From contig CATNEN010000001.1 of NCBI GenBank assembly GCA_950097015.1, forward strand, positions 5,580,001 through 5,644,000: DNA of 64,000 nucleotides, written 5' to 3'. A program made the position numbers and the translations under genes. This DNA is from Macrostomum hystrix. Lineage: Eukaryota > Animalia > Platyhelminthes. The first letter of the stretch is position 1. Each line of letters starts with the position of its first letter. Positions 13,601 through 23,506 of this stretch are shown here, piece after piece. The notes beneath the pieces were generated by a model, which had not been told where the DNA came from, made no database searches, and saw only the letters and a list, made by a program, of their open reading frames with translations.

Positions 13601-16239
13601 AACGAAGGATTTCTTGCTCTTTTTAATAATGGCACATTCTCGTCCCGTTGCTTACAATTTCTGAAGCGGCGACAGGCTGGTTAATAGCAAATCAGATTAA
13701 TTTGAAAGAAAAAAATCTTTTAAAAAAAACTTACAACCTAGCGCCTCAACTTCCTATCCAATGCACCTTCTTTCTATTATATTTTATAACTTATAAAAAA
13801 GATTTCCCGTAGCAACGGTTGCCAAGGCCAAAGCGAAGACCTACCGGAGTCGACTAGCAATCAGCTTCTAGCAGTTAAGAGAAGCCTTGCAGTTGAATTT
13901 GGCAAAGCGGACGGTGCCAATGAGTGGGACTCGGAGGACGAAGCTTTGACTTTGTGGCTGTCCAGACTGTCTGGTCAGTGCAGCAATAATATTTTTCATA
14001 CATTTATAACTATCAACAGATTGATTGCTGCTTTTTTGAAGGGGGTTCTAGCCGACGGGTTGTAGCCTAGCGAGGGGTTGTAGCCTAGTGAGGGGTTGTA
14101 GCCTAGTGAGGGGTTATAGCCTAGTGAGGGGTTGTAGCCTAGTGAGGGGTTGTAGCCTAGTGAGGGGTTGTAGCCTAGTGAGGGGTTGTAGCCTAGTGAG
14201 GGGTTGTAGCCTAGCAAGGGATTGTAGCCTAGCGAGGGGTTGTAGCCTAGTGAGGGGTTGTAGCCTAGTGAGGGATTGTAGCCTAGTGAGGGGTTATAGC
14301 CTAGTGAGGGGTTATAGCCTAGTGAGGGGTTATAGCCTAGTGAGGGGTTATAGCCTAGTGAGGGGTTATAGCCTAGTGAGGGGTTATAGCCTAGTGAGGG
14401 GTTGTAGCCTAGTGAGGGGTTGTAGCCTAGTGAGGGGTTGTAGCCTAGTGAGGGGTTATAGCCTAGTGAGGGGTTGTAGCCTAGTGAGGGGTTATAGCCT
14501 AGTGAGGGGTTGTAGCCTAGTGAGGGGTTATAGCCTAGTGAGGGGTTATAGCCTAGTGAGGGGTTGTAGCCTAGTGAGGGGTTATAGCCTAGTGAGGGGT
14601 TATAGCCTAGTGAGGGGTTATAGCCTAGTGAGGGGTTATAGCCTAGTGAGGGGTTATAGCCTAGTGAGGGGTTATAGCCTAGTGAGGGGTTATAGCCTAG
14701 TGAGGGGTTGTAGCCTAGTGAGGGGTTATAGCCTAGTGAGGGGTTGTAGCCTAGTGAGGGGTTGTAGCCTAGTGAGGGATTGTAGCCTAGCGAGGGATTG
14801 TAGCCTAGCGAGGGGTTGTAGCCTAGCAAGGGATTGTAGCCTAGTCAGGGGTTGTAGCCTAGTGAGGGGTTATAGCCTAGTGAGGGGTTGTAGCCTAGTC
14901 AGGGGTTGTAGCCTAGTCGCTAGAGTTTCGGACTTACACCTAAAAGTTCGGGGTTCGTTTTTCAACTCCATTAGTATAAGTGGGAGAAACCTAATTTCTT
15001 AAATGTGATACAAGCATCAGTTGGGGTAATTGAGGTTCTACAGCCAATCACACATTTCTACCCCCAGCTGATGCTGATACCATCTAGAGTCTAGTTGATT
15101 GGCTGCGATTGGCCATCATATGTACTGTCTGTAACCTAATTAGTCTTGAAACCTTTTCAGTACACTGCTTATTTTGCACTGATAAGAAGCATGTTACAGA
15201 AATTGCGCCTATTAATATTTTCAGGATCCACTGGAGAGGACATTGTTCGTATTGCACGACCGGCAGTAAATGTGTACACCAACTTAATAGAATCCGAGCT
15301 TCAGCGCCCTACATCTGGGACTATGCCAACTCTGATAGCCATTGCAGATAGCTTCTTTGCGGCCAAGTCTTGTCGTGACGCTGTGCTCAAGGACTTTCAA
15401 GGAAATGGTCGAGTGGTAAGCGCTAGAATAGATTTTGTCTTGTTTGCTTTTTGCTTTAAATTAGATGTTAGATTTAGAACTAGTGTTAGATATCCTGTGT
15501 CTAAAACTGTTAGATATCCTGTGTCTAAAACTGTTAGATATCCTGTGTCTAAAACTGTTAGATATCCTGTGTCTAAAACTGTTAGATATCCTGCGTCTAA
15601 CTGTTAGATATCCTGCGTCTAACTGTTAGATATCCTGTGTCTAAAACTGTTAGATATCCTGTGTCTAAAACTGTTAGATATCCTGTGTCTAAAACTGTTA
15701 GATATCCTGTGTCTAAAACTGTTAGATATCCTGTGTCTAAAACTGTTAGATATCCTGTGTCTAAAACTGTTAGATATCCTGTGTCTAAAACTGTTAGATA
15801 TCCTGTGTCTAAAACTGTTAGATATCCTGTGTCTAAAACTGTTAGATATCCTGTGTCTAAAACTGTTAGATATCCTGTGTCTAAAACTGTTAGATATCCT
15901 GTGTCTAAAACTGTTAGATATCCTGCGTCTAACTGTTAGATATCCTGTGTCTAAAACTGTTAGATATCCTGTGTCTAAAACTGTTAGATATCCTGTGTCT
16001 AAAACTGTTAGATATCCTGTGTCTAGGTGAAATTTACAGTAGTAAATTACCTGTAACAGTAGTTTGTGAGCGTTAATTTGCACTCTTTGCTGATGAATTC
16101 CCAGAATTAAAAAATCATTTATTAACCAGTAACTTTTCAGCTAACTCGCAAAAGCATTCGTCAATTGCAGGTCATCCGGTTTATCAAGGACACGAAGTTT
16201 ATCGGCATGCTGGGTGCCCTGGCTGCTGAAGCTGAATGA
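10655..16239 (+). CDS. 5-exon gene, about 309 aa; highly divergent type II pantothenate kinase (Fumble)-like protein, probable pseudoenzyme
   Basis: Exons 10655-10977, 11704-11878, 13802-13973, 15225-15415, 16171-16239. All four introns are GT-AG with matching phases (2,0,1,0), giving an open 930-nt CDS. Motif order resembles eukaryotic PanK: IAIQIGAKSSKAVLI (cf. GLDIGGTLVKLVY), FHLKFL, VEFGK (cf. SSFG), EDIVRI, IAIADSFF (cf. VFVGNFL), IRFIKDTKFIGMLGAL (cf. LFLEHEGYFGAVGAL). The gene structure is well supported; the family call is moderate. Confidence 0.6.
11320..11590. repeat. 33-bp minisatellite (ATCATGTTAGACATGATACCTGTTAGACATTAT)n in intron 1 of the PanK-like gene
   Basis: About 8 visible copies; gives the 11-aa periodic ORF 11327..11572. 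Confidence 0.9.
11904..13375. repeat. 20-bp minisatellite (CTGTTAGACACTGGATTCTR T)n with 23-bp CAC-insertion variants, in intron 2 of the PanK-like gene
   Basis: Directly visible. The variant pattern at about 12541 recurs at about 12910, a higher-order period near 369 bp. Confidence 0.97.
14050..14917. repeat. 18-bp minisatellite (TAGCCTAGTGAGGGGTTR)n in intron 3 of the PanK-like gene
   Basis: Directly visible. The unit matches the 5' end (GGTTGTAGCCTAGTG) of the SINE at 17166. Confidence 0.98.
14900..15035 (+). mobile_element. decayed copy of the tRNA/CORE-SINE (family A)
   Basis: TAGCCTAGTCGCTAGAGTTTCGGACTTACACCTAAAAGTTCGGGGTTCG aligns by eye to TAGCCTAGTGGTTAGAGCGTCGGACTCACGACTTGAAGGTCGGGGGTTCG at about 17171. 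AGCATCAGTTGGGGTAATTGAGG matches the body at about 17310. Confidence 0.8.
15484..16025. repeat. 24-bp minisatellite (GTTAGATATCCTGTGTCTAAAACT)n in intron 4 of the PanK-like gene
   Basis: Directly visible, with occasional 22-bp variants. Each unit has an internal TTAGAYA/TGTCTAA inverted pair. Confidence 0.97.
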
Positions 16240-16712
16240 TTGGACGGATGCAATAATTACCGCGACAAACTCTGCAACTACTAAAATCACGACAGTAGTA
16301 TGTGCGCGAGATAATTTTATCCAGCGTTTTCTGATTAAACTGTTACGACATTTCGCATAAAACTTCTTAAATTAAAAAAACTTATTACGGAAAATTAAAT
16401 CCGTTTTTTTCATAGCTTTTACAAGTTTTTTATTGGAAATTACTTTTTTTCTTAAAAACAATCAGCGATAAGTACCAACATGTTCTATTTTTAAAACATG
16501 TGTATAATAACTTAAGCAAAGTGAGTGCCTTTGTGCCATAGACTAAAGGCCGATCGCTTTACCGACAGATCAGGGGTTGTCAAGCAAACAAGAAAATTTC
16601 TTGTCATCTCTTAAATCTATCAAGTTTTGAGACATTTTGAGAAGTTTGAGACGTCTTTTGAGAAGTTCAGCACAATATTGGCTAGCTGAAACGGCCGAGA
16701 CAGCTTATTGTC

Positions 16713-19680
16713 ATGCCCAGCGAAGAAAACAATCAGGCAGTCGTGGATGATGAAGAGGAAAAACGCAAGATGCTAAGCATCTTCCGCGACGAGAGTGGCA
16801 AAAGCGACCACTGGAACAAAATGTACATCCACAGCAGCCTATTTCTGCTCGGCTGTGGTGCCTACGGAAGTGTATTTCAGGTATGGCTTAAGGTCACAGT
16901 AGTTAAAGCAGTTGTGAGCTATTGCGATGTTATTCAAGCTGTCCGAGCAGTGATAACATAATATTAGCAGGAGAACTGAGGACACATTTAGAGACACTCA
17001 ACTTCTTCCTTCAGACCCCGGAAGCACACATGCACACAGGTTTTCTCTCTCCTTTGAATTAAAATTATCAGCTCTTGTAATCTGATGACACTGTATTCTA
17101 CCTGTTAGACAGTGGCTAAAGCCGGATTTAAAGCTGGCTTCTGACATCTTCTTAGATCTTAGAGAGGTTGTAGCCTAGTGGTTAGAGCGTCGGACTCACG
17201 ACTTGAAGGTCGGGGGTTCGATTCCCGACACCACTGAAACAATTTGTGTCCTTTAGCAAGACACTTAACTCTGCATTGCTTCAGTTCACCCAGCTGTTAA
17301 ATGGGTACCAGCATCAGCTGGGATAATTGAAGGTGGGTGTGGCGTCCCCCCAGTCCATGGACTGAACAGCTGTACGCAGTCTTCAGATGCGCCGCGCAAT
17401 AGCTGCGCTGTGCTGTAGGCTGCAGATCTGACCCGATTGGGGCAGGTGTAATCAATTGTTAGTATTATTTATTATTACATCTTACCCAACTGGACTAGGT
17501 GTTTTTAACAGTTAATAATGTAAAATAATACTAAAACTGACCGCATCGAATTGTCAGGTGACCACAAGGCTGTACACGCCCAAGCAGAAGATAGCCAAAG
17601 ATCGGTACACTTATCATCCAGACTTTCTGGCCAACATTGCCTCTCAGAAGCGGATAAAAGTTGAACAGCTGGACAAAATGAGGGATAATCAGCGAGATGA
17701 AAGACTGCTTGACATTGTTGCTGTCAAATACGAAATTCTTGAACAGTCACATCTGGAAGACGGTGCAACTCGATTCTTTCTGTTCCTTCGCCGCGAGTTC
17801 CTGATCATGGACGCTATCTGGCGCAGAAGCGCTCGCGTGCTGGTGGGATTTCCAATGGTATTCGACTTTAGCTACATCGGCGACAAACTTCAGTACGGCG
17901 TCAATCAAAAGTACAAGAACATCTTCACCTATCTCAACATACAGGGCGAGGAGGTCAAGTTCTTCTCTGACATAAACAACAGGAACCTGGAGGGTGTCAC
18001 TAAGATTTCCTACATGAGCATGGAACTGTTGGGTCCTTCTATTGACGACTTTCGTAATTATTTCGAGCCTTGGTACGCTGAAAATAAGATCAAGACCTTC
18101 TTCCAGGTGCGAACAGTGTTTCGCATCGCGGACCAGTTACTTTGCCGCCTGTTCGTGCTGCACAGATCCGGATTTGTTCATCACGACTTGAAGCCGGACA
18201 ATATTGCTGTGGGCAATGGACGAGCTATGAACACTATCTACCTGTTGGACTTTGGCTTTGCTAAGCAGGTATGAGCTGATTGATGAGTCATGACGTCTTT
18301 TGCAGTCATAATTTCACATCTTCCAATTCAATCACGCGGCAATTGCAGATATCTAAAACAACTCCGACTGAGTGGATGGGCTCGAGAAAGTTCATCGCAG
18401 TCGACACCTTTCTAAACGAGAAGCCAAACTACTCGCAAGACATCGAGAGCTGGTTCTACGTAGTCTTGACTCTGCTGTACGACGCGCTGCCTTGGTCCGA
18501 GGAGTTTATCGCTCCTGTTCTCGGCGACAACGCGGAAGAGTCTCACAAATGGAATCACGTCAACACCATGAAGAAGAGCTGGTGGGGCGATCCAGCTGAG
18601 GCTCACACTCTGTACAGCATGATGGACAGCATCGCCAAGATTCATTCCAAGGAAGTGCCAGACATTCGTAACATCATTGATCAACTGCACAAGAAGACTC
18701 GCGACTTGCGCGCCAATTTGCGCCATATGTACGACGTCGAAACAGTGAATGGCGAGTTGTGCAGCATGAACTCGAATATCTCCAAGGGTTACATGTCCAT
18801 TCGCAAAGTGCTGCTGCAGATATTCGACCTGCCCAATATTTGGAGGAATCCATACATTGGCGATAGCGAGTTGCGCGCTTTCAAAAAAGCGCGTCAAGAG
18901 AAAAATCTTCCCTCTTACACCTGGGATAGCCAAAATTTCCGCTGGGAATGGGACCGCAATCACGAGCGAATGCTCGCCAACAAGTCACATGAATCATCTG
19001 GCAGTCAATCTGTTGAAACGCAGTCCATTGAGCAGGCTTTCTCCAAGGTATCTAAACAGCTCGGTACCCGGGGCGCGGGACCCGACTTTCGACAGTCGCA
19101 GCCCGAGTCAGCGGCCAATAGCAACTCCGATTCGACTCGTGAGTGGCTGGGTCAGCTGCTGACGACGCTTAGTAACACCTCGCTTGATCCGAGAATCAGG
19201 CAACAGGCCCGGCAAGCGCTGATCAGAGACGCAGACTCCGGCTGGGGCAAGATAGCTCGACCGGACGAGATCAGCTACGCCTACGATAGGCAGCGCGACA
19301 CTCTCGTGCCAAAGAACAGCGGCCGAAGGTACATCGAGCCAGGAAGAGCAAGGCTACAGCGTAACTATGGCAACGATCTGTTCACTGTGACAGACCAGCC
19401 GGGGAAATCCACCGGAGTGGTGGGCGAACTGTTGTACAATAGGCACAATCGCGTGACTGCGCCAAAGCTAGATCTCGTATGGCGCACTGGGATAAAACGC
19501 GTGTTGGCTCGCCAGGCCTCCAAATCGGTGGTGCCGGCTCAGGCAAGGACGGTCAAAATGACAGCTCCCGATCCCAGCGCCCTGAAATCTCACCTAAGAG
19601 TTCGAAGACTCAGCAGCGGTGCGAATGTCGGCGGCCGTACGAAAACTGCTACTCAGAGGACTGCAAAACAAAACGCTTGA
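16713..19680 (+). CDS. divergent casein kinase 1 group Ser/Thr kinase, 3 exons, about 736 aa
   Basis: Exons 16713-16880, 17558-18268, 18349-19680 with phase-0 GT-AG introns. Motifs: LGCGAYGSVF, VAVK, MELLGPS (CK1 hallmark), HHDLKPDN, IYLLDFGFAK, QDIESWFYV, LPW. Long basic C-terminal tail. Confidence 0.9.
17166..17478 (+). mobile_element. tRNA-derived CORE-type SINE (family A), apparently full length, in intron 1 of the kinase
   Basis: A box TAGCCTAGTGG and B box GGTTCGATTCC. These are followed by TGTGTCCTTTAGCAAGACACTTAACTCTGCATTGCTTCAGTTCACCCAGCTGTTAAATGGG, which resembles the CORE domain, and a (TTA)n-like tail. Other copies are at about 14900 and 41445. Confidence 0.85.
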
Positions 19681-20617
19681 GAGAAACCTTTGAGAACTGC
19701 TGCTAGCACTAAACTAATATGCTGAACTTAATTTCGAAAACCTCTGAGGAAATTTGAAATGAACAGCTTTGAGTTTTCGAATTCTAAAACTTCGAATTCT
19801 CAAAATTCTTCGAATTCCCAAAACGCTCTTTTAGACTCGTCTGTAGAGCATTAGCCGAACAGAATTGGAACGGAACAAATGCAAATCATTTTTAATTTCG
19901 TGCCGTCTGGTTTTTTTTATAGAAAACTTTCATTATTCTGCAAAAATGGTGTTTCTGCATCATAATTAAACTGGGAAATAGTTTTTGCACACACAGCGAA
20001 ATGCTGAATACATTTGGCTTGCTTGTAGTGCTTCTTTTTTCGGATTGATTTTCAAGACCGTTTCTTCACAAACTGTCGAATTAAACAAGCCGTTATAAGA
20101 CCAAATCGGGATTAAAATTAATTCAAAAGTTGTGATTGTTTTAATAGTTTAAATTTAAAGACAAATAACAAGAAATTGAGCATATTTTTTAAAGCAAAAT
20201 AGGCCTGTATAAAAAAGTGCTTTTAAAACAGATAAATTCATTGCACATTGAGAAATTGAAAAATCAATAAAACTATATTCAATATTTTCATTAAGAATCA
20301 GGACAACACATATTCTATTACTAAATAGCGATAATACTGAGAAATGAGAAAAAATATGGCCTATTACAATCGGAAGACAATTAGGCTAGGCACTATAATT
20401 TAATTGAAAAAAAATTGGCTTCTGTTTGAAAAATACATTTTGTCAATATACGAGCAAGATACTCGTAATTAAAATATGATAATTCTGTGTGTTGATTTTA
20501 TATTACATAAACTTGTTGATTCCAGAAAGCAAGCTAAACATTTCACAGGCAATCTGTGAAAGAAAGACTTTAATAAAAAAACTCGCTTGCTGGTGTGAGA
20601 AAGATAATTGTTATAAG

Positions 20618-23208
20618 AGGGGATAGAGAGGAAGGGAAGAGAGGGAGCGATTGAGGGGAGAGAGGGAGGAGAGAGAGGGAGCGATTGAGGGGAGAGAGGG
20701 AGGGGAGAGAGGGAGCGATTGAGGGGAGAGAGGGAGCGATTGATGGGAGAGAGGGTGCGATTGATATGAGAGAGGGTGCGAATGAGGGGAGAGAGGGAGG
20801 GGAGAGAGGGAGCGATTGAGGGGAGAGAGGGAGGGGAGAGAGGGAGCGATTGAGGGGAGAGAGGGAGGGGAGAGAGGGAGCGATTGAGGGGAGAGAGGGA
20901 GCGATTGATGGGAGAGAGGGTGCGATTGATAGGAGAGAGGGTGCGATTGATGGGAGAGAGGGTGCGATTGATAGGAGAGAGGGTGCGAATGAGGGGAGAG
21001 AGGGAGAGGAGAGAGGGAGCGATTGAGGGGAGAGAGGGAGGGGAAAGAGGGAGCGATTGAGGGGAGAGAGGGTGCGATTGATGGGAGAGAGGGTGCGAAT
21101 GATGGGAGAGAGGGAGCGATTGATGGGAGAGAGGGTGCGAATGATGGGAGAGAGGGAGCGATTGATGGGAGAGAGGGTGCGATTGATGGGAGAGAGGGTG
21201 CGATTGATGGGAGAGAGGGTGCGATTGATAGGAGAGAGGGTGCGAATGAGGGGAGAGAGGGAGAGGAGAGAGGGAGCGATTGAGGGGAGAGAGGGAGGGG
21301 AGAGAGGGAGCGATTGAGGGGAGAGAGGGTGCGATTGATGGGAGAGAGGGAGCGAATGATGGGAGAGAGGGAGCGATTGATGGGAGAGAGGGTGCGAATG
21401 ATGGGAGAGAGGGTGCGAATGAGGGGAGAGAGGGAGAGGAGAGAGGGAGCGATTGAGGGGAGAGAGGGAGGGGTGAGAGGGAGCGATTGAGGGGAGAGTG
21501 GGTGCGATTGATGGGAGAGAGGGTGCGATTGATGGGAGAGAGGGTGTGATTGATAGGAGAGAGTGTGCGAATGAGGGGAGAGAGGGAGAGGAGAGAGGGA
21601 GCGATTGAGGGGAGAGAGGGAGGGGAGAGAGGGAGCGATTGAGGGGAGAGAGGGTGCGATTGATGGGAGAGAGGGAGCGAATGATGGGAGAGAGGGAGCG
21701 ATTGATGGGAGAGAGGGTGCGATTGATGGGAGAGAGGGTGCGATTGATGGGAGAGAGGGTGCGATTGATAGGAGAGAGGGTGCGAATGAGGGGAGAGAGG
21801 GAGAGGAGAGAGGGAGCGATTGAGGGGAGAGAGGGTGCGATTGATGGGAGAGAGGGAGCGAATGATGGGAGAGAGGGAGCGATTGATGGGAGAGAGGGTG
21901 CGAATGATGGGAGAGAGGGTGCGAATGAGGGGAGAGAGGGAGAGGAGAGAGGGAGCGATTGAGGGGAGAGAGGGAGGGGTGAGAGGGAGCGATTGAGGGG
22001 AGAGTGGGTGCGATTGATGGGAGAGAGGGTGCGATTGATGGGAGAGAGGGTGTGATTGATAGGAGAGAGTGTGCGAATGAGGGGAGAGAGGGAGAGGAGA
22101 GAGGGAGCGATTGAGGGGAGAGAGGGAGGGGAGAGAGGGAGCGATTGAGGGGAGAGAGGGTGCGAATGATGGGAGAGAGGGAGCGAATGATGGGAGAGAG
22201 GGAGCGATTGATGGGAGAGAGGGTGCGAATGATGGGAGAGAGGGAGCGATTGAGGGGAGAGAGGGAGGGGAGAGAGGGTGCGAATGATGGGAGAGAGGGT
22301 GCGAATGAGGGGAGAGAGGGAGAGGAGAGAGGGAGCGATTGAGGGGAGAGAGGGAGGGGAGAGAGGGAGCGATTGAGGGGAGAGAGGGTGCGATTGATGG
22401 GAGAGAGGGAGCGAATGATGGGAGAGAGGGAGCGATTGATGGGAGAGAGGGTGCGATTGATGGGAGAGAGGGTGCGATTGATGGGAGAGAGGGTGCGATT
22501 GATAGGAGAGAGGGTGCGAATGAGGGGAGAGAGGGAGAGGAGAGAGGGAGCGATTGAGGGGAGAGAGGGAGGGGAGAGATGGAGCGATTGAGGGGAGAGA
22601 GGGTGCGATTGATGGGAGAGAGGGAGCGAATGATGGGAGAGAGGGAGCGATTGATGGGAGAGAGGGTGCGAATGATGGGAGAGAGGGTGCGAATGAGGGG
22701 AGAGAGGGAGAGGAGAGAGGGAGCGATTGAGGGGAGAGAGGGAGGGGTGAGAGGGAGCGATTGAGGGGAGAGTGGGTGCGATTGATGGGAGAGAGGGTGC
22801 GATTGATGGGAGAGAGGGTGTGATTGATAGGAGAGAGTGTGCGAATGAGGGGAGAGAGGGAGAGGAGAGAGGGAGCGATTGAGGGGAGAGAGGGAGGGGA
22901 GAGAGGGAGCGATTGAGGGGAGAGAGGGTGCGAATGATGGGAGAGAGGGAGCGAATGATGGGAGAGAGGGAGCGATTGATGGGAGAGAGGGTGCGAATGA
23001 TGGGAGAGAGGGAGCGATTGAGGGGAGAGAGGGAGGGGAGAGAGGGTGCGAATGATGGGAGAGAGGGTGCGAATGAGGGGAGAGAGGGAGAGGAGAGAGG
23101 GAGCGATTGAGGGGAGAGAGGGAGAGGAGAGAGGGAGCGATTGAGGGGAGAGAGGGAGGGGAGAGAGGGTGCGATTGATGGGAGAGAGGGTGCGAATGAG
23201 GGGAGAGA
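20618..23208. repeat. purine-rich compound minisatellite, about 21-bp units (GAGGGWGCGATTGAKGGGAGA) mixed with 13-bp GAGGGAGGGGAGA units
   Basis: Directly visible. Internal block duplications: ORF 21605 equals ORF 22339, and ORF 22145 equals ORF 22913. Confidence 0.97.
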
Positions 23209-23506
23209 GTCAGTTAAAAGCAAACGGTTTACGCAAACAAGGGCCTGAAATTCAGCCAGTCAATCAGAAGTTTTTGAAGGGGAAGATAAAGAAGCATCGC
23301 TGCTTCAAAGCCTGCGCACATTATTTCATCCGAAAAGATCAATGAGAGTAAATTGCGGTTTGATTTTGGGCCGATTTAAAACACTACAGTTAAATTAAAG
23401 CAAACTTGACTATAAAAATACAATAAAAGAATTATAAACTATTAAGGCCAAATACTGACTGAACTCCACAAACTTCACAAACTTCACATCTAAATCAGTC
23501 GAACAG

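Noticed and set aside
17166-17235. Possible genuine tRNA gene
   Set aside because: The acceptor and anticodon stems pair poorly and there is no immediate oligo-T terminator. It continues into a CORE-like body shared with other dispersed copies, so it is called a SINE.
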